DNA from: an uncultured Gammaproteobacteria bacterium
GTDB lineage: Bacteria; Pseudomonadota; Gammaproteobacteria; Ga0077536
Direction of reading: 5' to 3'
Assembly (NCBI GenBank): GCA_938082545.1
Contig: CALKCL010000019.1
Location: 3,914 to 67,913 of the forward strand
DNA: 64,000 nucleotides
Shown here: piece by piece, positions 48,790-58,758 of the stretch
Layout of the letters: every line of letters starts with the position of its first letter
Position numbering within the stretch: the stretch's first letter is position 1
Position numbers and translations under genes: made by a program
Notes under the pieces: generated by a model
The model's database searches: none
Told to the model about the DNA's origin: nothing
What the model saw: only the letters and a program-made list of their open reading frames with translations

Positions 48790-50052
48790 TTGAACTTCAT
48801 GACTATCCAACAAAGCTGCAAAGACGATTCTGACCCCACTTCTCTGTCTTGCGAGGAAGCTATAGTTCGTATTCTCGATAGCATGAGTTCCTTGACACAG
48901 ACAGAAATGGTGCCCATCAGGCACAGCCTAGGTCGCGTAATCTCCTTTGATATTATAGCCGCTGCCAACGTGCCACCTCACAAAAACTCTGCTATGGATG
49001 GGTATGCTTTTCGTCAGGAAGAGCTGCAAGGTCTCAATAATCCCGTAATAAAAATAATTGGCACCGCTTTTGCTGGTAAAGCGTTCACTCGCCCCATAGA
49101 AAAAAACGAAGCAGTCCGGATCATGACGGGAGCTTTAGTCCCTGAAAATGCTGACACAATCGTCATCCAAGAGCACGTTAAAGCTAGTGGAAATGATCTC
49201 CAGATCCTAGAAATGCCTAACTTTGGAGAAAACATTCGTGCTGCTGGAGAGGATATTCGCGTAGGCGAAACTATTTTGAAATCCGGTCACACGGTTACGC
49301 CCGCTGATTTAGGGTTGATTGCATCTCTAGGAATAGCCGAGGTGCAAGTATTTCAAAAACCCAGAGTAGCTTATTTTTCTACAGGTGATGAACTGAAGTC
49401 GCTAGGAACCACTTTGGAACCTGGGGAAATTTACGACAGTAACCGATACACGCTGTATGGGATGCTCCAATACTTAGGAGTCGAAATCATAGATATGGGT
49501 GTGGTGAAAGACACTTATGATGCCATAGAGGCTGCGTTACTTGATGCTAGCAAATCTGCCGATATGGTAATAACCTCTGGAGGCGTCTCAGTTGGAGACG
49601 CGGACTTTATCAAAGAAGCTTTGGGCAACGTGGGCCAAGTTAAATTTTGGAAAATCGCTATGAAGCCGGGGCGACCGCTTGCCTTTGGGAAAATAGGAAA
49701 GGCTCACTTTTTCGGCCTACCTGGCAATCCCGTATCTGTCATGGTCGGTTTCCATCAATTTGTTACCCCGGCATTAGAAAAGATTTCAGGCGCTAAAACC
49801 AACAGGAACATAATTCTAGAAGCCGCAGTCACAAAAGCACTGAGGAAGAGGCCAGGAAGAGCTGAATATCAGAGAGGTATTTTAGCTCAAGAAGATGATG
49901 GCTCTTTAACGGTTCAACCAACGGGGGATCAAGGATCAGGGATATTAAAATCTATGTCACAGGCCAACTGCTTTATTTATCTGCCTATTGATGCGTCAGA
50001 TATTCACATAAATGAAGCAGTGAGAGTCATTCCTTTTAACAGTGCTATTTAG
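48790..50052 (+). CDS. moeA: Molybdopterin molybdotransferase
   Basis: NSAMDGYA, IMTGA, STGDEL, TSGGVSVGDAD, KPGRP, GLPGNP, GDQGSG. Confidence 0.96.
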   Translation: MNFMTIQQSCKDDSDPTSLSCEEAIVRILDSMSSLTQTEMVPIRHSLGRVISFDIIAAANVPPHKNSAMDGYAFRQEELQGLNNPVIKIIGTAFAGKAFTRPIEKNEAVRIMTGALVPENADTIVIQEHVKASGNDLQILEMPNFGENIRAAGEDIRVGETILKSGHTVTPADLGLIASLGIAEVQVFQKPRVAYFSTGDELKSLGTTLEPGEIYDSNRYTLYGMLQYLGVEIIDMGVVKDTYDAIEAALLDASKSADMVITSGGVSVGDADFIKEALGNVGQVKFWKIAMKPGRPLAFGKIGKAHFFGLPGNPVSVMVGFHQFVTPALEKISGAKTNRNIILEAAVTKALRKRPGRAEYQRGILAQEDDGSLTVQPTGDQGSGILKSMSQANCFIYLPIDASDIHINEAVRVIPFNSAI

Positions 50053-50065
50053 CCAAGTCCCAGTT

Positions 50066-50992
50066 TCACAGCCTTATATCCATCCCATCTTGAGCAACTT
50101 CCCAACCGGCGTCACTAACAAGTTGTCTTTCCATAGAATCAGAAGCCAGAATGGGATTCGTTGTATTAATATGAATGAAGATTTTACGTTTTACATTTAA
50201 TGAGGCAAAAGATTGTAAAGTCCCTTCTTTCCCAGAAACACTCATGTGCCCCATTCTCCCCCCTGTTTTGATCCCCACCTGCTCTTTAATCATTTCGTCG
50301 TCTACCCATAAAGTCCCATCAAAGAACACCAGCTCTGCATTTTTAAGTCGGTCTGCGAGTGCAACAGTCATTTGTGCGCAGGCCGGAACGTAGAAAAACT
50401 TCGACCCATCACGCGAAGCTATTTCAAGAGCTATAGTATCTTCATCAACGGTTCCAAAGTTATCCCCCGCTGTTTTATCTTCCAACCACAACGCAACTTT
50501 GCCAGGAACAGAAAATGGAGTGATAGTCAGACCTATTTCGCTCCCATCGAAAGCAGAGAGTTCGCAACGATCGTCTAATGTCACAGTTTTTCTAGCTACA
50601 AATTTGGGGTTCAAGACGTTAAAAATAGTGTTGTCCTTTAAGACAGATAAAACTCTGTCTGTCCCATATAGATTTAGAGGTTGAGACTCACGCAAATTTA
50701 GCAGACCGGCAACATGATCGACATCAGCATTAGTTAACACAATCGATTTAATCGGACTGTGTCGTAATCCCGTTTTCGGATGGAGTATTTCATTGTCGTT
50801 TATCTGTTGCCTTAAATCTGGAGACGCATTAAGTAAGACCCAATTCTCGCCATCAGCACTTATACACAAGGAAGATTGTGTCCTAGCAGGAGCTTTGATA
50901 TCGTTAGCCCGTGCACGTCGACTGTTAGGATGATTGCAATTCCATTGGGGGTAGCCTCCTCCTGCTGCAGAACCTAATACTCGTATTCTCAT
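50066..50992 (-). CDS. pqqB: PQQ biosynthesis protein B
   Basis: LGSAAGGGYPQWNCN, RTQSS, NASPDLRQQI, TNADVDHVAGLL, DGTLW, MGH, IHINTTNP. Confidence 0.96.
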   Translation of the reverse strand: MRIRVLGSAAGGGYPQWNCNHPNSRRARANDIKAPARTQSSLCISADGENWVLLNASPDLRQQINDNEILHPKTGLRHSPIKSIVLTNADVDHVAGLLNLRESQPLNLYGTDRVLSVLKDNTIFNVLNPKFVARKTVTLDDRCELSAFDGSEIGLTITPFSVPGKVALWLEDKTAGDNFGTVDEDTIALEIASRDGSKFFYVPACAQMTVALADRLKNAELVFFDGTLWVDDEMIKEQVGIKTGGRMGHMSVSGKEGTLQSFASLNVKRKIFIHINTTNPILASDSMERQLVSDAGWEVAQDGMDIRL

Positions 50993-51016
50993 GAAAACAC
51001 CTCAAAAAAAATCGCC

Positions 51017-51475
51017 TTAAAAATCAGCACTACTGCCGGATGTATTTTTCGTAACCCAACGTTCCCCATCTTCACGTTTCTCTCTCTTCCAAAAAGGAAC
51101 GTTGGATTTCAAAGATTCCATAATGTCCCTACAGGCATCAAAAGAATGAGCTCGATGAGCTGACCATACTGCCACCAACACAATAGGGTCACCCGGATAA
51201 ACCTCACCTATACGATGTATAACTAAAACGTGATCGAGAGACCATCGTTTCTCCGCTCGGTCAGCAATTTTCTCTAGTTCCTTAACAGTCATCTCGGGGT
51301 GATGTTCTAGGTACATTGACTCGACAGAGACACCATCATTAAAATCTCTCATATTTCCAATAAAAATCGAGGATGCACCGATTTTTTTTCTTCTGCCATC
51401 CAACTCTTTTTCGGTTTGCAACAATAGGTCGTATGGCGAAAATGGCTCTTTAGACAACCTAACCGTCATGCTCAA
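51017..51475 (-). CDS. moaE: Molybdopterin synthase catalytic subunit
   Basis: FIGNMR, LEHHPEMT, HRIG, SAHR, LKSNVPFWKRE. Confidence 0.95.
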   Translation of the reverse strand: MSMTVRLSKEPFSPYDLLLQTEKELDGRRKKIGASSIFIGNMRDFNDGVSVESMYLEHHPEMTVKELEKIADRAEKRWSLDHVLVIHRIGEVYPGDPIVLVAVWSAHRAHSFDACRDIMESLKSNVPFWKREKREDGERWVTKNTSGSSADF

Positions 51476-51705
51476 CCTCCTGTTAAAGGAGGGAAATAAG
51501 CAACTTCGTCTCCGTCTTTCAGCAGTTGATCCGGCTCACAATAATCATGGTTGATTGCATAAAGACAACCCGCTGGCATTTGTGCAGTACCACAGACAGA
51601 TTGCCATACATTAATGACGTTCAGCTCGCTCTCAAACTCAATATCTATCTCCTTCATACCAACCAAATCAGTTAAACTAGCGAAAAATTTCACTTTAATA
51701 CTCAT
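51472..51705 (-). CDS. moaD: Molybdopterin synthase sulfur carrier
   Basis: VKFFASL, AIN, DGDEVAYFPPLTGG; overlaps moaE. Confidence 0.95.
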   Translation of the reverse strand: MSIKVKFFASLTDLVGMKEIDIEFESELNVINVWQSVCGTAQMPAGCLYAINHDYCEPDQLLKDGDEVAYFPPLTGG

Positions 51706-51786
51706 ACGTAACCTCTAACAACACTATAAATTTATTCTATTTAGCGCTATTTTAACCTAACCAATGAAAGGATTCATATTAACGAC

Positions 51787-52278
51787 ATGTCAAAGCTAAC
51801 CCACTTAGATGAAGATGGTAAAGCAAAAATGGTTGATGTGGGGGGTAAAACTCCGACCAAGAGGACCGCAATTGCTACAGGAAGAATTTCCATGCGGCCA
51901 GAAACACTTAATTTAGTCATATCTGGGACAAACAAAAAAGGAGATGTCTTAGCTGTCGCTCGAATCGCCGGAATCATGGCGGCTAAGAGAACAGCTGACT
52001 TGATTCCGTTGTGCCATCCATTAAGTATAACTAGGATTGACATTGATCTGGAACTAGACCTAGAAAAATCCACCATAAATTGCACCGCTTTAGTTGAAAC
52101 AATCGGACAAACTGGTGTTGAAATAGAAGCGCTAAATGCGACGCAAGTTGCTTTGTTGACTGTTTATGACATGTGTAAAGCTGCGGACAAGGGAATGGTT
52201 ATTAGTCACGTGATGCTCAAAGAAAAACGTGGTGGGAGATCAGGCCATTGGTCTCGAGACGAAATCCAGGGGATTTAA
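51787..52278 (+). CDS. moaC: Cyclic pyranopterin monophosphate synthase
   Basis: LTHLD...[33 protein letters not shown]. Confidence 0.97.
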   Translation: MSKLTHLDEDGKAKMVDVGGKTPTKRTAIATGRISMRPETLNLVISGTNKKGDVLAVARIAGIMAAKRTADLIPLCHPLSITRIDIDLELDLEKSTINCTALVETIGQTGVEIEALNATQVALLTVYDMCKAADKGMVISHVMLKEKRGGRSGHWSRDEIQGI

Positions 52279-53042
52279 TGAAGTCGGAAAAAATCAAGAA
52301 CTGGTCTCCACCTTCAACATGGCCGGAAAAACTGAAAGGCATTCTGCCTGGTAGCTGGTATCTTAACCATTTACTTAAAAAGCACCTACGCAAAGGAGAA
52401 CCTGAACTCAAACTACTTCTCTTCTTGGTCGATAAAGGAAAAGATGCAGTTGACGTTGGGGCCAACAAAGGAGTCTATAGTCGAGCTCTCTCTGAACTGA
52501 CAAACACCGTCTATGCCTTTGAACCGAATCCAAAAATATACAAAATACTGTGTTCGGGCAAGACAAAAAAAACAAAAGCTTACCAAGTAGCTTTGTCCAA
52601 CCAATGCGGAATAGCTAAACTCCTCATTCCACATAACTTAAAGAAAAATACTTACTCCAATCAGGGAGCCAGCCTTAGTTCTACAAAGGTGTCTGGTCAC
52701 CACCAGGCAATAGAGGTCGAGTCGAGGACGCTAGACTCTTATGCTCTTAAAAACATTGGCTTCCTGAAAATTGACGTGGAAGGCTTCGAGCTCTCCGTTA
52801 TAGAAGGTGCCTCTCAGACAATTGCCTTCAACAAACCCACTATGCTAGTGGAGCTTGAGGAGCGTCATACCGATATTCCAATAGAAAATCTTGTCGGCCG
52901 TATAGAAAAAATAGGCTATAAAGCCTATTTTCTTATCCACACTAATTTAACCCCTTTTTCACAATTTAATGCTGAAAAAATGCATCGTGGCGCAGCAGGA
53001 ACGAAAAACTATGTTTATAATTTTATATTTCTACCCGTCTGA
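52278..53042 (+). CDS. FkbM-family SAM-dependent methyltransferase
   Basis: VDVGANKGVYS, AFEPNP, LKIDVEGFE; TAATG stop/start overlap with moaC. Confidence 0.88.
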   Translation: MKSEKIKNWSPPSTWPEKLKGILPGSWYLNHLLKKHLRKGEPELKLLLFLVDKGKDAVDVGANKGVYSRALSELTNTVYAFEPNPKIYKILCSGKTKKTKAYQVALSNQCGIAKLLIPHNLKKNTYSNQGASLSSTKVSGHHQAIEVESRTLDSYALKNIGFLKIDVEGFELSVIEGASQTIAFNKPTMLVELEERHTDIPIENLVGRIEKIGYKAYFLIHTNLTPFSQFNAEKMHRGAAGTKNYVYNFIFLPV

Positions 53043-53055
53043 ACAGGGGAAATTC

Positions 53056-53445
53056 TCAGTTCTCTGAATCCCAGTAATCAAAGTTACTACCGGCAGGAAT
53101 ACCTTCCAAAGGAGAATCTGATTCTGTTGCAGGGTTCCAATCAAGTGCCTCATCAATTTTGATCGCAAGCGCAAAATCTTTCCCAGTAACTCCGCCGGCA
53201 TCGTGGTTGGTAATTCGTACACCTACCTTCGCATATGAAACGCTTAAATCAGGATGATGCCAGGCGATTTCAGCAAAATGTCCAATCACACCGACAACCA
53301 TTAAAGTACTCTTCCATCCTGAAGTTTTGTATTCGCGCCACAAGCCATTGTCCCGCAATTCCCACTGCGGCAAGTCAAGCATGAGTCGCTTTCGAATTTC
53401 GACAACAGTCCAGAGAGCGTCAATTCTTTTCGTAGAAGAGCTCAT
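53056..53445 (-). CDS. Pterin-4-alpha-carbinolamine dehydratase, extended form
   Basis: EIAWHHPDL (E-x3-HHP), THD-like NHDAGGVTGKDFALA; acidic/aromatic C-terminal extension. Confidence 0.88.
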   Translation of the reverse strand: MSSSTKRIDALWTVVEIRKRLMLDLPQWELRDNGLWREYKTSGWKSTLMVVGVIGHFAEIAWHHPDLSVSYAKVGVRITNHDAGGVTGKDFALAIKIDEALDWNPATESDSPLEGIPAGSNFDYWDSEN

Positions 53446-53675
53446 GATATTATCTCCTTTTAATTAAGCAGCGACAGTGGTCCTAATTAGACAATTTAGG
53501 TAAAAAAACCCACATAAAGCGTTGATAATAGATACATTATTTTAGATAATTTTTCTAACAAAAAACAATCATTTAACATCCTAAGATGACAAATCTAACA
53601 TATAGAAACACACAAACAAACCAGTCGTATGCTAAGATTGTGTATCACACGAATAGCAAGCCGAGGTTTCACAGA

Positions 53676-54452
53676 TTGGGATTATCTACTATCTATAGGC
53701 CAGCACGAAGTTCGGACGATGCCTGGACTGTACAGGAGTTTGAAGGAAAGCTGCGACAAAAAGAGCATTTTTATCATATAAACCACCCGTATCATGTACT
53801 CATGTCGGAAGGCAAAATGAATAAAGCTGGGATACGAGGTTGGGTTGCTAACCGTTATTATTACCAAAAATCAATTCCAATTAAAGACGCTGCAATACTT
53901 TCTAACTGCAGCGACAGAGTGGCGCGTCGTCTTTGGATACAGAGGCTCATCGACCATGACGGCGACGAAAATGACACCGGCGGCATCAATGCATGGTTAC
54001 AACTAGGATTATCGGTTGGTCTAACTGAGGAAGAGATTCTAGATGAAAGGCATGTCCTTCCAGGTGTTAAATTTGCTGTGGATGCTTACGTAAATTTTGC
54101 TCGGTCAGCAACATGGGAAGAAGCTGCCTGCTCGTCTCTAACTGAAATGTTTGCGCCTAAAATTCACCAAAATCGATTAGACCGCTGGCCGGAACACTAT
54201 CCTTGGATTAAAGATGATGGCTATGTCTACTTCAAAAAACGGCTGGGTGAAGCTAGACGAGATGTTGAGCATGGACTGCGTGTTACGGTGTCTCACTTTG
54301 TCGAGCGGCATGAACAAGAGTTTGCCCTGAATATTTTGCAATTTAAATTAGATGTTCTTTGGACCATGCTCGATGCTATGTGGATGTCTTATGTAGCCGA
54401 CATGCCGCCTTATTTTTCATGCAATAAGAAACCTACACGCAAAGATGATTAA
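53676..54452 (+). CDS. pqqC: Pyrroloquinoline-quinone synthase
   Basis: [52 protein letters not shown]; likely TTG start at 53676 after GAGG (ORF track starts at 53586). Confidence 0.96.
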   Translation: MGLSTIYRPARSSDDAWTVQEFEGKLRQKEHFYHINHPYHVLMSEGKMNKAGIRGWVANRYYYQKSIPIKDAAILSNCSDRVARRLWIQRLIDHDGDENDTGGINAWLQLGLSVGLTEEEILDERHVLPGVKFAVDAYVNFARSATWEEAACSSLTEMFAPKIHQNRLDRWPEHYPWIKDDGYVYFKKRLGEARRDVEHGLRVTVSHFVERHEQEFALNILQFKLDVLWTMLDAMWMSYVADMPPYFSCNKKPTRKDD

Positions 54453-54705
54453 CCAGATGCCCTCTTTATCTTCTATGTACCGCTTTCAGTGGGAAGAAGC
54501 TCAAAGTAGCTATGTGTTGCTTTATCCCGAGGGAATGGTGAAACTGAGCCGTACAGCTGGGGAAATCTTAAAACGGGTTACCGGAAAAACTACTGTCAAA
54601 CAGCTGGTTTCAGATCTAGAAACTGAGTTCCCAGGGTCTGATCTCGAACCCGACGTCCTTAATTTTCTAACGGAGGCAGAAAAAAATGGCTGGATCTCTT
54701 TCTAG
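54445..54705 (+). CDS. pqqD: PqqA-binding chaperone (RRE domain)
   Basis: [23 protein letters not shown]. Confidence 0.95.
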   Translation: MINQMPSLSSMYRFQWEEAQSSYVLLYPEGMVKLSRTAGEILKRVTGKTTVKQLVSDLETEFPGSDLEPDVLNFLTEAEKNGWISF

Positions 54706-55840
54706 TATCTCCGGAAAACCGCTTTGGTTGCTGGCTGAACTTACTTATAAATGTCCTCTCCAGTGCCCCTATTGCTCCAATCCGCTGGAGATCAGTAAAT
54801 ATAGTAATGAATTAACAACCGGCGATTGGTTTCGTGTCTTACGGGAAGCACGAGCTTTAGGAGCTATGCAGCTGGGTTTGTCAGGTGGGGAGCCGCTGGT
54901 CAGGAAAGATCTTGAAGAAATAATTGCAGAAGCACACAGGTTAGGTTATTACAGTAATCTCATTACTTCTGGCGTGGGGATGGATGCTGACCGAGTAGCC
55001 AAGTTCAAAACCTCAGGACTAGACCATATTCAGATAAGCTTCCAGGCAAGTGACAAGGAATTAAACGACTTTCTAGGAGGAACAAGTAGTTTTGCGCATA
55101 AGTTAGAGATGGCGCGGGCTGTTAAAGACCAAGGCTACCCTATGGTTTTAAACATTGTGCTCCATCAAAAAAATATCGAACAATTAGAAGATATCATTAA
55201 GATGTGTGTTGAGTTAAAAGCGGATTTTGTCGAGCTTGCCAGCACACAGTACTACGGCTGGTCCAGATTGAATATCGATTATCTTCTTCCGACTAGAGAG
55301 CAAGTGACTAAAGCCGAAAGCATTGCAAAACGTTATCAAACTGAGTTAGAAGGAAAAATGAAAATTCTTTACGTAGTGCCGGACTATTATGAAAAGCGTC
55401 CTAAAGCCTGCATGAATGGATGGGGCTCTATATTTCTGACAATAGCACCCGATGGACGAGCATTACCTTGCCACGCTGCTGCAACGTTACCTGATATAGA
55501 GTTTCCAAATGTCAGAGATAACTCCATAGAGTCGATTTGGGACGATTCTAATGCCTTCAATAAATTTAGAGGGTTCGAATGGATGGAGGAACCTTGTCGC
55601 TCGTGCCCAGAAAAAGAAAAAGATTTTGGAGGTTGTCGCTGTCAAGCCTACATGATGACAGGGAATGCTGCGGCAGCCGATCCTGTGTGTGATAAATCAC
55701 CTCACCACGCGGATCTTCAAGCAGAGGTGGCATTAATAGAAAAGACTTCTGCCAACAAAAACGAGCCTTTGATTTTTCGAACCATGAAGAATTCAAAAAA
55801 ATACCAGACAGATAAAAAGCTTAATTTATCGCAAAACTAG
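54686..55840 (+). CDS. pqqE: PqqA peptide cyclase (radical SAM/SPASM)
   Basis: [32 protein letters not shown]...[13 protein letters not shown]. Confidence 0.97.
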   Translation: MAGSLSSISGKPLWLLAELTYKCPLQCPYCSNPLEISKYSNELTTGDWFRVLREARALGAMQLGLSGGEPLVRKDLEEIIAEAHRLGYYSNLITSGVGMDADRVAKFKTSGLDHIQISFQASDKELNDFLGGTSSFAHKLEMARAVKDQGYPMVLNIVLHQKNIEQLEDIIKMCVELKADFVELASTQYYGWSRLNIDYLLPTREQVTKAESIAKRYQTELEGKMKILYVVPDYYEKRPKACMNGWGSIFLTIAPDGRALPCHAAATLPDIEFPNVRDNSIESIWDDSNAFNKFRGFEWMEEPCRSCPEKEKDFGGCRCQAYMMTGNAAAADPVCDKSPHHADLQAEVALIEKTSANKNEPLIFRTMKNSKKYQTDKKLNLSQN

Positions 55841-56663
55841 TACAAACGGCTTGAAGATTCGCAGGCACATTGTGTACGCGAAAGATTTGAACGCCAGCCC
55901 TCACTCCTAAAACGGTGGTCGCACATGTTGCGCTATCAAGGTTATCAGGGTTCGGGACATCGCAGAGAACACTTAAGAAGTTTTTCCTACTGGCTCCTAG
56001 TACCACTGTAAAACCAGTTTCAACAAACGTACGTAACATGCTTAAAATCATTACATTGTGTTCCAGAGTTTTCCCAAATCCTATCCCAGGATCAATTGCA
56101 ATTTTCTCTCGAGGGACGCCGTAAGAAATCGCTTGTTTTGTTTTCTCGAGCAAAGCCAACTTTATTTCATCCACAGGAGCTGCATAAGTCGGGTTTGACT
56201 GCATCGTGTTCGGTTCCCCTTTCATATGCATCAAGATGATTGAGGCGCCAGTTTTCGCAACGAGTGGGAACATAGCAGGATCGTTTCCGGCCGAGACATC
56301 ATTTACAATACAAGCACCCGCTTCAATCGCTTTTTCGGCAACTTCAGCGCTGCGGGTATCGACACTAATAAATTTATCTCGAGGCATTTGCTTGCTAATT
56401 TCTGAAAGTGGGCCAATTACTCTCTCCATCTGTTCAGCACTAGTCACGCTGATCGCTCCTGGGCGCGTCGATTCGCCACCAACATCTAATATAGCAGCGC
56501 CACTTCGAAGCATGCATAACCCTTCAGTTATTGCATTTTCCGGCCTAAGGAAACGACCTCCATCCGAAAAACTATCTGGAGTGATATTTAATATACCCAT
56601 GAGCAGCGGCTGCTTAATTCCAACAAAAGGATAGCTGTCTCTAAACTTACCCATTAGCACCAC
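55821..56663 (-). CDS. folP: Dihydropteroate synthase
   Basis: [46 protein letters not shown]; 3' end overlaps pqqE by 20 nt. Confidence 0.93.
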   Translation of the reverse strand: MVLMGKFRDSYPFVGIKQPLLMGILNITPDSFSDGGRFLRPENAITEGLCMLRSGAAILDVGGESTRPGAISVTSAEQMERVIGPLSEISKQMPRDKFISVDTRSAEVAEKAIEAGACIVNDVSAGNDPAMFPLVAKTGASIILMHMKGEPNTMQSNPTYAAPVDEIKLALLEKTKQAISYGVPREKIAIDPGIGFGKTLEHNVMILSMLRTFVETGFTVVLGASRKNFLSVLCDVPNPDNLDSATCATTVLGVRAGVQIFRVHNVPANLQAVCTSFAIN

Positions 56664-57641
56664 TTACCTAGAAGATAGCTCGGCGGCCATTTCATCAGAG
56701 GCCTCGATGAGCCCATAAATCATATCTTTTTCACTTGATAGGTGTCCCGCACTTCTCAAAAAATTGATAGAAGAATTTGGGATTGATTTATGAAGCAACC
56801 AAGCTGACTCCGGCAAACACGTCAGATCTCTAGATCCATGTACGATCTTACAAGACACCTTTGGAAGCTTATCAATGTCTTCGATCAATTGATTTTCCTT
56901 CATGAAATACCCATGCTTCGCATAATGGAATTCAATTTTTGCCTTGACGATAGCCGATTTCATATTAATATTATGCGATTCTCCAAAACCTATTCCATCT
57001 ATTGAGAACATGACCACTGAACCCGACCAAATTTCCCAAGCTCTGGCCGCCGCTTCCATTCGTTCTTGGTCCCCAGACATAATAGCATCGTAGAGAAAGT
57101 CAGAAATATTAGAAATGTCTTCCATATTAAGAGACGATATAAATCTATCCCATTGAGCAGGTAAGAATCGATTAGCTCCGTTTCCAAAAAACCAATCTAC
57201 ATCTTTTCTTCTGGCTAAAAAAGAACCACGAAAAATCATGCCAGAAACACTAGCAGGGAAAGCCTCGGCATAAGCAAGTGCCAATGTGACCCCCCATGAG
57301 CCTGCAAACAAAACGAACTTGTTTACGCTATAAAGTTTTCTTATCAATTCTAAATCTTTAATTAAATGATTCGTAGTGTTGGCAACTACGGAACCGTAAG
57401 GTATAGATCTACCTGAACCACGCTGATCAAGTAAAAATATATGATATTTTTTTGGATTGAAAAATTGACGATGGTCGCTATTACACCCTCCTCCTGGTCC
57501 CCCATGAAGAAAAACGACAGGGATACCTTTTTTATTCCCGCACCTTTCAACATATATTTGATGTCCGTCACCAACAGGTACTAGCTCCTCGGCGTAAGGC
57601 TCAATCTTAGGGTATAAGCCCTTCTTTTTTTCTGAACTCAT
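56664..57641 (-). CDS. pip: Prolyl aminopeptidase (alpha/beta hydrolase S33)
   Basis: LYPKIEPY, HGGPGGG, DQRGSGRS, AGSWG, VHGSRD, AGH. Confidence 0.92.
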   Translation of the reverse strand: MSSEKKKGLYPKIEPYAEELVPVGDGHQIYVERCGNKKGIPVVFLHGGPGGGCNSDHRQFFNPKKYHIFLLDQRGSGRSIPYGSVVANTTNHLIKDLELIRKLYSVNKFVLFAGSWGVTLALAYAEAFPASVSGMIFRGSFLARRKDVDWFFGNGANRFLPAQWDRFISSLNMEDISNISDFLYDAIMSGDQERMEAAARAWEIWSGSVVMFSIDGIGFGESHNINMKSAIVKAKIEFHYAKHGYFMKENQLIEDIDKLPKVSCKIVHGSRDLTCLPESAWLLHKSIPNSSINFLRSAGHLSSEKDMIYGLIEASDEMAAELSSR

Positions 57642-57668
57642 GACAGTCTTTCTAGCAACTTCACCGTA

Positions 57669-57983
57669 CTATCCTCCTCCTTTTTGAAAGCCTTGATGAA
57701 AAGTCTGCATATAGGATTTGATACAGGCTCGATTCATATTCTCAAACGTTAATTGTATGTCGATGATTGGAAATTTAAGGAACCCCAATGCTCGAGTTTT
57801 TTCCTTAGATAAACAGATGTCGACCTTCTCTCCAGTTTTCCAGCTACTATGAGCACCATTAGACTTTAGAGATATATGAGCATCGGGAAATAGCTTTGGA
57901 TAAACTCGAAAGAAATCTGAGTAGCTAAGTCCCATATCACAACAAGAAATGACCGTGGTTTTATTTAATTGTTCACTGTTCAC
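57669..57983 (-). CDS. Conserved-looking hypothetical protein ending in FQKGGG
   Basis: 104-aa ORF at the head of the pip-folP run; MGLSYSDFFR...FPIIDIQLTF...FHQGFQKGGG. Confidence 0.7.
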   Translation of the reverse strand: MNSEQLNKTTVISCCDMGLSYSDFFRVYPKLFPDAHISLKSNGAHSSWKTGEKVDICLSKEKTRALGFLKFPIIDIQLTFENMNRACIKSYMQTFHQGFQKGGG

Positions 57984-58188
57984 TAAGTAACAACGTTATA
58001 GGTCGAATCTAGTGGGGACAAACGACTCTTTAAAATCAAGAGTCCAGCTCTAGTTTGACCAAAATAATTTGTACAGAAAGCGTAAATAGCCACAGAAGAG
58101 AGCTGGAGCCAAATAAGTTCCAGGAGAGGTAAATTGACATTCAAGCTTACCGACACCCTATAGCACTACAAGTATAAATTGTAGCCGT

Positions 58189-58401
58189 CTATTCTTTTAC
58201 AGTACAGACCTCTGAGCGAATCAAGAATCTTTTACCGGTACCATTGTCTAGTGAAAACATACCGCCCATTCCATCTACGAGATCAACAACTAAGTTTGTA
58301 TGCTCCCACCGACTGTACTGATTATGATGCATATAAAAAGGTACATTACATAATGGGGTATCTTCTACAAATCCACCTAGGCTAATTTTCTTGTTATTCG
58401 A
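58189..58401 (-). pseudogene. 5'-truncated DUF779-family gene relic
   Basis: Manual translation: ...KISLGGFVEDTPLCNVPFYMHHNQYSRWEHTNLVVDLVDGMGGMFSLDNGTGKRFLIRSEVCTVKE*. This resembles the DUF779 C-half as recalled (PFY...W.HT.L.IDVV.G.GG.FSL..G.G.RFL.RS). In-frame TGA at 58404-58402; no GGCCDG N-half upstream. Confidence 0.7.
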
Positions 58402-58440
58402 TCAGATTAGCACACAGGTCTAGGGATTAAAATACAATTT

Positions 58441-58463
58441 GCAATAATATTAATTATCATTGC
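58441..58463. promoter_or_regulatory. Fur-box-like palindrome
   Basis: GCAATAATATTAATTATCATTGC; about 13/19 match to GATAATGATAATCATTATC on the reverse strand; AT-rich context. Confidence 0.35.
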
Positions 58464-58514
58464 TATTTAGATTTAATTAAAATAATGTGATTTTGGCGTC
58501 TTTTTACAAACAGT

Positions 58515-58613
58515 GAGATGACCAGAACCTCTGATAGAGCATCCAAAAGACAGCATTAATTAACTTAAGAAGCGTCAACCGCTTAGGGCTCCGTTCAGAG
58601 AAGGAGACATCTC
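58515..58613. ncRNA. Candidate ~100-nt structured element of unknown class
   Basis: Nested complementary pairs GAGATG/CATCTC, CTCTGA/TCAGAG, GAGC/GCTC, AAGCG/CGCTT; no recognised family motif. Confidence 0.25.
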
Positions 58614-58758
58614 GAGCATTTAGGGATAATCGCCCTTAAACGGGCCATTAAGAACTGGGTAGCTGGTAGACGGAGTAAGTTTACCATCAGTCAGACACAA
58701 CTGTTGCCTCTAGGCCAATGACACCCGGTTTTACTCTGCACATCAAATGTCCGTGGCC

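Noticed and set aside
51706-51786. Moco riboswitch or ModE box in the moaD/moaC divergent region
   Set aside because: Only 81 bp, with no GCCTCC/GGAAAG core and no properly spaced TATATA inverted repeat.
53586-53675. N-terminal extension of PqqC as a fused or cryptic PqqA
   Set aside because: No E-x3-Y motif in the frames I translated; a TTG with a GAGG RBS at 53676 explains the real start.
58051-58155. 34-aa hydrophobic minus-strand ORF (MSIYLSWNLFG...) in the long intergenic region (coordinates approximate)
   Set aside because: No RBS or recognisable motif; it cannot be distinguished from a random ORF.
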